Source: a virus
Taxonomy: Duplodnaviria; Caudoviricetes
Reading direction: 5' to 3' (one strand)
IMG/VR virus record: IMGVR_UViG_3300030397_000885
Span: 1 to 40,082 of that record
DNA: 40,082 bases
The notes beneath the pieces were generated by a model. The model saw only the letters and a program-made list of their open reading frames with translations, had not been told where the DNA came from and did not search any database. Both the position numbers and the translations under genes were made by a program. Below are positions 36,512 to 40,082 of the stretch, in pieces; positions within the stretch are counted from its first letter, which is position 1, and each line of letters starts with the position of its first letter.

Positions 36512-36762
36512 CCCCGATTCTCAGCCATTTTGTTGGCAGCGGCGGTAAATCCACCATAACCGAACAACAGCAGCAGAGTGTCCCAGCTGGCGACTGCCGG
36601 CGGCGGGGTATCAACGCCTTTGAGATATCCAATGGCTGTAATAGCTGCCTGCCCCAGAATAAGCAGAAAGCCTAAGAAGACTGCGGCGGTGGTTTTCAAC
36701 CGAGTACTGCTTGGTTTACCATTTTTTTCGGTTAGGAAACCGGCTTCAAGATTGGCATCCAT
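36508..36762 (-). CDS. Holin-like two-TM protein
   Basis: FLTE.NG..SSTRL followed by two TM helices; SD AAGGAG. Confidence 0.55.
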   Translation of the reverse strand: MDANLEAGFLTEKNGKPSSTRLKTTAAVFLGFLLILGQAAITAIGYLKGVDTPPPAVASWDTLLLLFGYGGFTAAANKMAENRG

Positions 36763-36794
36763 TTTTCACTCCTTCTAACATCCTTGTTATCAGT

Positions 36795-36843
36795 AAGATA
36801 TGGAAGCAATAAAGCCATGTCAAACAAAAATAACGACATGGCA
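36795..36843 (-). promoter_or_regulatory. Late-type promoter with bipartite operator (portal operon)
   Basis: TGCCATGTC-N12-TGACATGGC; TTGACA-17-TATCTT. Confidence 0.7.
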
Positions 36844-36850
36844 ATTAAAT

Positions 36851-36883
36851 AAAAAGCGCCCATAACAAACAGCTATGAGCGCT
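36851..36883 (-). terminator. Terminator after terL
   Basis: AGCGCTCATAG...TTATGGGCGC-T5. Confidence 0.6.
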
Positions 36884-36935
36884 CCACATAACCACGAAGG
36901 TTTTCTTAAGATAAGAAAATTACCGAGAAGAGGCA

Positions 36936-38522
36936 TTAAAAATCGTCGAAATCTGCATCATTCCCAATGCTATGCAAACGGCTGATGCCGCTACCGTGTA
37001 AATGCGCAGTTTGCATTGGCGGACCGCTACTTTTCACCTTGCTAAAATCTACATTGTAAAGCTGACGGTCATTGGCGCAGCCCAGGGCCATGTTGATGGC
37101 ATCAAAGGGATCATCGCCCAGCTCCTTCTTAATAATCTCCAGACTGGGATAACTGGCATTCGTTATCTTTATCCGGATGTTCAGCATGCAGCGGCGTAGG
37201 CGCCGGAACATCTGGGCAATATTGCGCCCATCTTTCCGGTCAAAATACGGGAGCATCACTTTCCCATTTTCCAGCTTGGTTTTCAGAATTTCACCCCACA
37301 AATATTTTGCTTTTCCTGTATTCCACATCGGGGCAAAGTCCCAGTGGCGCCAATCTGCGGGCGTATTTTCCGGAAAGCGAGTGCGATCTACCCGCACAAG
37401 GCCACGCTCAAAGAGGGCGTCGTTGATGTCTGCAATAGAATTGGATTTCAGGGCGTCGCCATAGCCGGCGCTCACTTTGTAAAACCGCCAGATGTCCAGC
37501 ATGTCCGCCTTGATTTTTTGCGGGTCAGTATTCGCTTCCCACTCAAAACCATTGAGCCACATCGCGGTTTCGCCGATCATTTCAATCAGATCCAGCCGGT
37601 AGACCGAGTGCACCTTCTTTTCCCCGGAATGACCGCAGTCAAAACCGGCGTAGACCACGCCGCGCGGATTGTATTCACCGCCTTTTTTATAGGGAATGCC
37701 ATCCCACTGTGCCTTGAACCCCGCCTCAATGCACTTGTTTACCGATGCTTCCCAAATATAATTTTTAGCCTCAGTGTATTGCAGCAGGTATACTCTCAGC
37801 CATTCATCATCACTCATATCATGCCGGACTACACTTATCGCATTTTCATCATAAATACCAAATTCAATGCCATCATAAATGTCAAATTTAGTCACTACAT
37901 GATAATTCCCGCTCATTTCCGTTTGAAACATATTGCCCTTGCCTTTTTGAATCGTTCCGGAAAGCCGGTAACGTGTCGGCAGCCCAGAACGGTTGGCGCG
38001 GCCACCACGGGCGAGTACCCGATTAACCCAGATATCCATATCCATATCATCCCATTCCTCCCCGCGGATGATCGATCCTTCCTCCGAATCAAAATGCCCG
38101 AGGATGCCGAAGGTCTTGGCCCGGCTGCCGTTCACAAATTCGTATTTAGTATCGGAAAGTTGCCGTTTCCCACGTCTGTAGGCAATGTATTCCCGCAGTA
38201 TCGGAGATCTCTCTATCCAATCTAAATGTTCCCGCAAGGCATTATTGGCCTGCTCTTGTTTAGGCGCGAATATTAATTCCGTTTCCCGAACATTGGTTGC
38301 CAGTTCTTCCAGGCAAACCGCCTCCATGCCCCAGGTTTTCCCGAAACGGGGCGGCCACACCACCAGGGTGTTGGGATTGGCTTTTATCTCCGCCATCTCA
38401 ACCACCTGCCAGGGGTCCGCTACCTCTCCGGTAATATGGCGCATCCAGGTCGGCGTATCGCCGGCATATTTCATTATTTCCCGCTCAGCGCGATTAACGA
38501 CTCTTATCTGTTTTGCTTTCAC
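36936..38522 (-). CDS. terL: Terminase large subunit
   Basis: DPWQ, Walker A PPRFGKT, Walker B IIRGEE, LSGT motif, nuclease GFDCG and DDPFDA. Confidence 0.85.
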   Translation of the reverse strand: MKAKQIRVVNRAEREIMKYAGDTPTWMRHITGEVADPWQVVEMAEIKANPNTLVVWPPRFGKTWGMEAVCLEELATNVRETELIFAPKQEQANNALREHLDWIERSPILREYIAYRRGKRQLSDTKYEFVNGSRAKTFGILGHFDSEEGSIIRGEEWDDMDMDIWVNRVLARGGRANRSGLPTRYRLSGTIQKGKGNMFQTEMSGNYHVVTKFDIYDGIEFGIYDENAISVVRHDMSDDEWLRVYLLQYTEAKNYIWEASVNKCIEAGFKAQWDGIPYKKGGEYNPRGVVYAGFDCGHSGEKKVHSVYRLDLIEMIGETAMWLNGFEWEANTDPQKIKADMLDIWRFYKVSAGYGDALKSNSIADINDALFERGLVRVDRTRFPENTPADWRHWDFAPMWNTGKAKYLWGEILKTKLENGKVMLPYFDRKDGRNIAQMFRRLRRCMLNIRIKITNASYPSLEIIKKELGDDPFDAINMALGCANDRQLYNVDFSKVKSSGPPMQTAHLHGSGISRLHSIGNDADFDDF

Positions 38523-38793
38523 GGTTCCTCAATATCTGAAAGAGCATTTTTAACAAAGTCATATCGCCAAGCACAAAGGCAACCAGCATAAAAAGAGATT
38601 TTATCGCAACTGGGGAATATCCCTCAATAATAACCGTGTAAACGTCCACACCGGTAAGGATCATCCAGGATGTCGACAACAAGCGGATATGGCGCATCCG
38701 GGGATGGCCTCGGTAATGATTCAGAATAATTATATAGCAAGGGACAACAATTGCCACCTGTACCAGCCAGAGGTTTTTAATAACCGCGATCAT
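38494..38793 (-). CDS. Three-TM membrane protein
   Basis: Hydrophobic; ATGA-coupled. Confidence 0.6.
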   Translation of the reverse strand: MIAVIKNLWLVQVAIVVPCYIIILNHYRGHPRMRHIRLLSTSWMILTGVDVYTVIIEGYSPVAIKSLFMLVAFVLGDMTLLKMLFQILRNRESKTDKSR

Positions 38794-39044
38794 TGTATTT
38801 TGTATTTCTTTTCTAAATATTCGATAATTGCCAATGCCCGGCCAAGCAGGTGGGAAACGGATTGACTTAATTCTTTATAATCGGCGCTAATTTGCCGTTC
38901 ATTCGCTTCATATTTTTCGGTGAGTGTTCGAATAAACTCCCGGTCTTCTTTCAGATACTTCAAAAACCAGTAAACGAGTACTGCCAAAACAATCAGTGAT
39001 GGCACCTGCTTGGCAGCTTCCAGCAATGGACCTTCCATGTCCAT
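38790..39044 (-). CDS. Holin-like single-TM + coiled-coil protein
   Basis: SD AAGGAGG; dual Met start MDM; TM helix followed by a charged helix. Confidence 0.55.
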   Translation of the reverse strand: MDMEGPLLEAAKQVPSLIVLAVLVYWFLKYLKEDREFIRTLTEKYEANERQISADYKELSQSVSHLLGRALAIIEYLEKKYKIQ

Positions 39045-39050
39045 ACCTCC

Positions 39051-39917
39051 TTATTTATCATCCTGAATTTCTTCATATTCGATTTGCTCTTTATGCCGCT
39101 GTAGTGCGGGATCTGCCTGCCGGGCTAAATTGGCTTTCTGGATTTGCATTTTTAGATCGGTAACAGCCTTAATGGACCTGGTGCGATGTTCTTCCAGGGA
39201 AATCTGCTTTTTCCCTTCACTTTTCAAATATCCCTCAATATTCTCCTGCTCCTGTTGCTGCTGCGGCGTTATCGCCAGCTGCTCGGCGGTATGCCCCAAA
39301 TTCTGCATGTATTTGGGGATAACATCGAGTAAAGGGTTTTTTTGCCATTCTAATATCTCCTCAACAACGCCATCTTCACCATTAATGGTGCGGATATGCT
39401 TAGGGACCAACACGCCCTCTTTCATAATCCGGCGAAACATCATTTGCAGCACATGATACTGTTTAGCCGCATTATATCCGGCAATCTCCCGCACTTCATT
39501 CACACGGCCTTGTGCGTATGCCTGGCTAACCCGCAGCAACGGCCCAACAATTACCGGACACCAACTGAATGATGCCTTGCATTCATCCAGAAATTCGCAA
39601 CTATCGCATTCCGGATAACGCCCGGGAAATGCCGGGGCCAGGAAATGCATCACTTTTGATGCCCGGCCATCCTTGTAACTATTTAAACGACTGCGGGCTT
39701 TCCCCTCAGGCGTTGTCGGGCCGGATTGCACTAACCAGGCCTTTGCCAAACCCAGGTAACTGCGGGGCACCTCCACCCGGGAAATATTGCAGGCCGGGCA
39801 GACTGCCCAGTATTTTTCATCTTCACCGAGGGCATATTCGTCCGTTTCCCAGACATATTTATCATGCAGGATGTTTTTGCAGTAGAACACCTTGCTTTCT
39901 TTTTTCTGCCGCGCCAT
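39051..39917 (-). CDS. Putative terminase small subunit with Cys clusters
   Basis: GPTTPEGKARSRLNS..DG and KNPLL motifs; CPAC and CDSC...C...C clusters; first late gene. Confidence 0.65.
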   Translation of the reverse strand: MARQKKESKVFYCKNILHDKYVWETDEYALGEDEKYWAVCPACNISRVEVPRSYLGLAKAWLVQSGPTTPEGKARSRLNSYKDGRASKVMHFLAPAFPGRYPECDSCEFLDECKASFSWCPVIVGPLLRVSQAYAQGRVNEVREIAGYNAAKQYHVLQMMFRRIMKEGVLVPKHIRTINGEDGVVEEILEWQKNPLLDVIPKYMQNLGHTAEQLAITPQQQQEQENIEGYLKSEGKKQISLEEHRTRSIKAVTDLKMQIQKANLARQADPALQRHKEQIEYEEIQDDK

Positions 39918-39923
39918 AGTCAA

Positions 39924-39972
39924 AAAATACGATCTTTTTGTTGACAAGTCAAAGTTTTATAGCAACTTGGCA
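39924..39972 (-). promoter_or_regulatory. Late-type promoter with bipartite operator (terS; probably leaderless)
   Basis: TGCCAAGTT-N12-TGACTTGTC; TTGACT-17-TATTTT, then 6 nt to ATG. Confidence 0.65.
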
Positions 39973-40065
39973 ACAAATTTTGTTTTTTTTGAAAACATTC
40001 TGTGCGCCTTTCTCCCTGAGGGGGAGATAAGCCCCCCACCCCTTGAAACTCAAAGCCCCCACCGT

Positions 40066-40082
40066 GATCGTGACTGGGAAAC
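40066..40082 (-). other. Random-amplification (SISPA-type) primer remnant
   Basis: Reverse complement is GTTTCCCAGTCACGATC, located exactly at the contig end. Confidence 0.85.

Noticed and set aside
37344-38225. Long plus-strand ORFs antisense to structural genes (also 17582..18259, 27373..27999, 30154..30726)
   Set aside because: They are shadow frames of well-supported minus-strand genes, with no recognisable motifs.

Overview
The window is a near-complete temperate tailed-phage genome of about 40 kb. It is probably a siphovirus, since no tail sheath gene was seen. It is in the excised or virion configuration, with attP (3' half of a tRNA-Pro-CGG) flanked by phage genes on both sides. The left arm (minus strand) holds an iteron origin, a 1079-aa primase-helicase, small early genes, three Bro-N proteins, a second short tyrosine recombinase, Xis and a cro/cI switch. 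The integrase lies on the plus strand. The right arm (minus strand) holds TerS, holin-like genes, TerL, Mu-like portal/F/protease-scaffold/capsid genes, tail tube, frameshifted chaperones, tape measure and a 1215-aa signal-peptide-bearing LamG/propeller protein. The main finding is three dispersed, self-contained cassettes, each built as promoter plus operator, target site with attenuator, C4/CI-like antisense RNA, second target over the Shine-Dalgarno, then an orphan small ORF. Their antisense and target boxes co-vary, so each cassette has its own recognition code. Other findings are an anticodon-less tRNA mimic capped by GAAA, an unannotated 50-aa ORF resembling the repressor's C-terminal helix, two operator networks, and a possible portal-gpF frameshift fusion. 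The last 17 nt are a random-amplification primer artefact. All protein calls come from motif recognition by eye; no searches were run.
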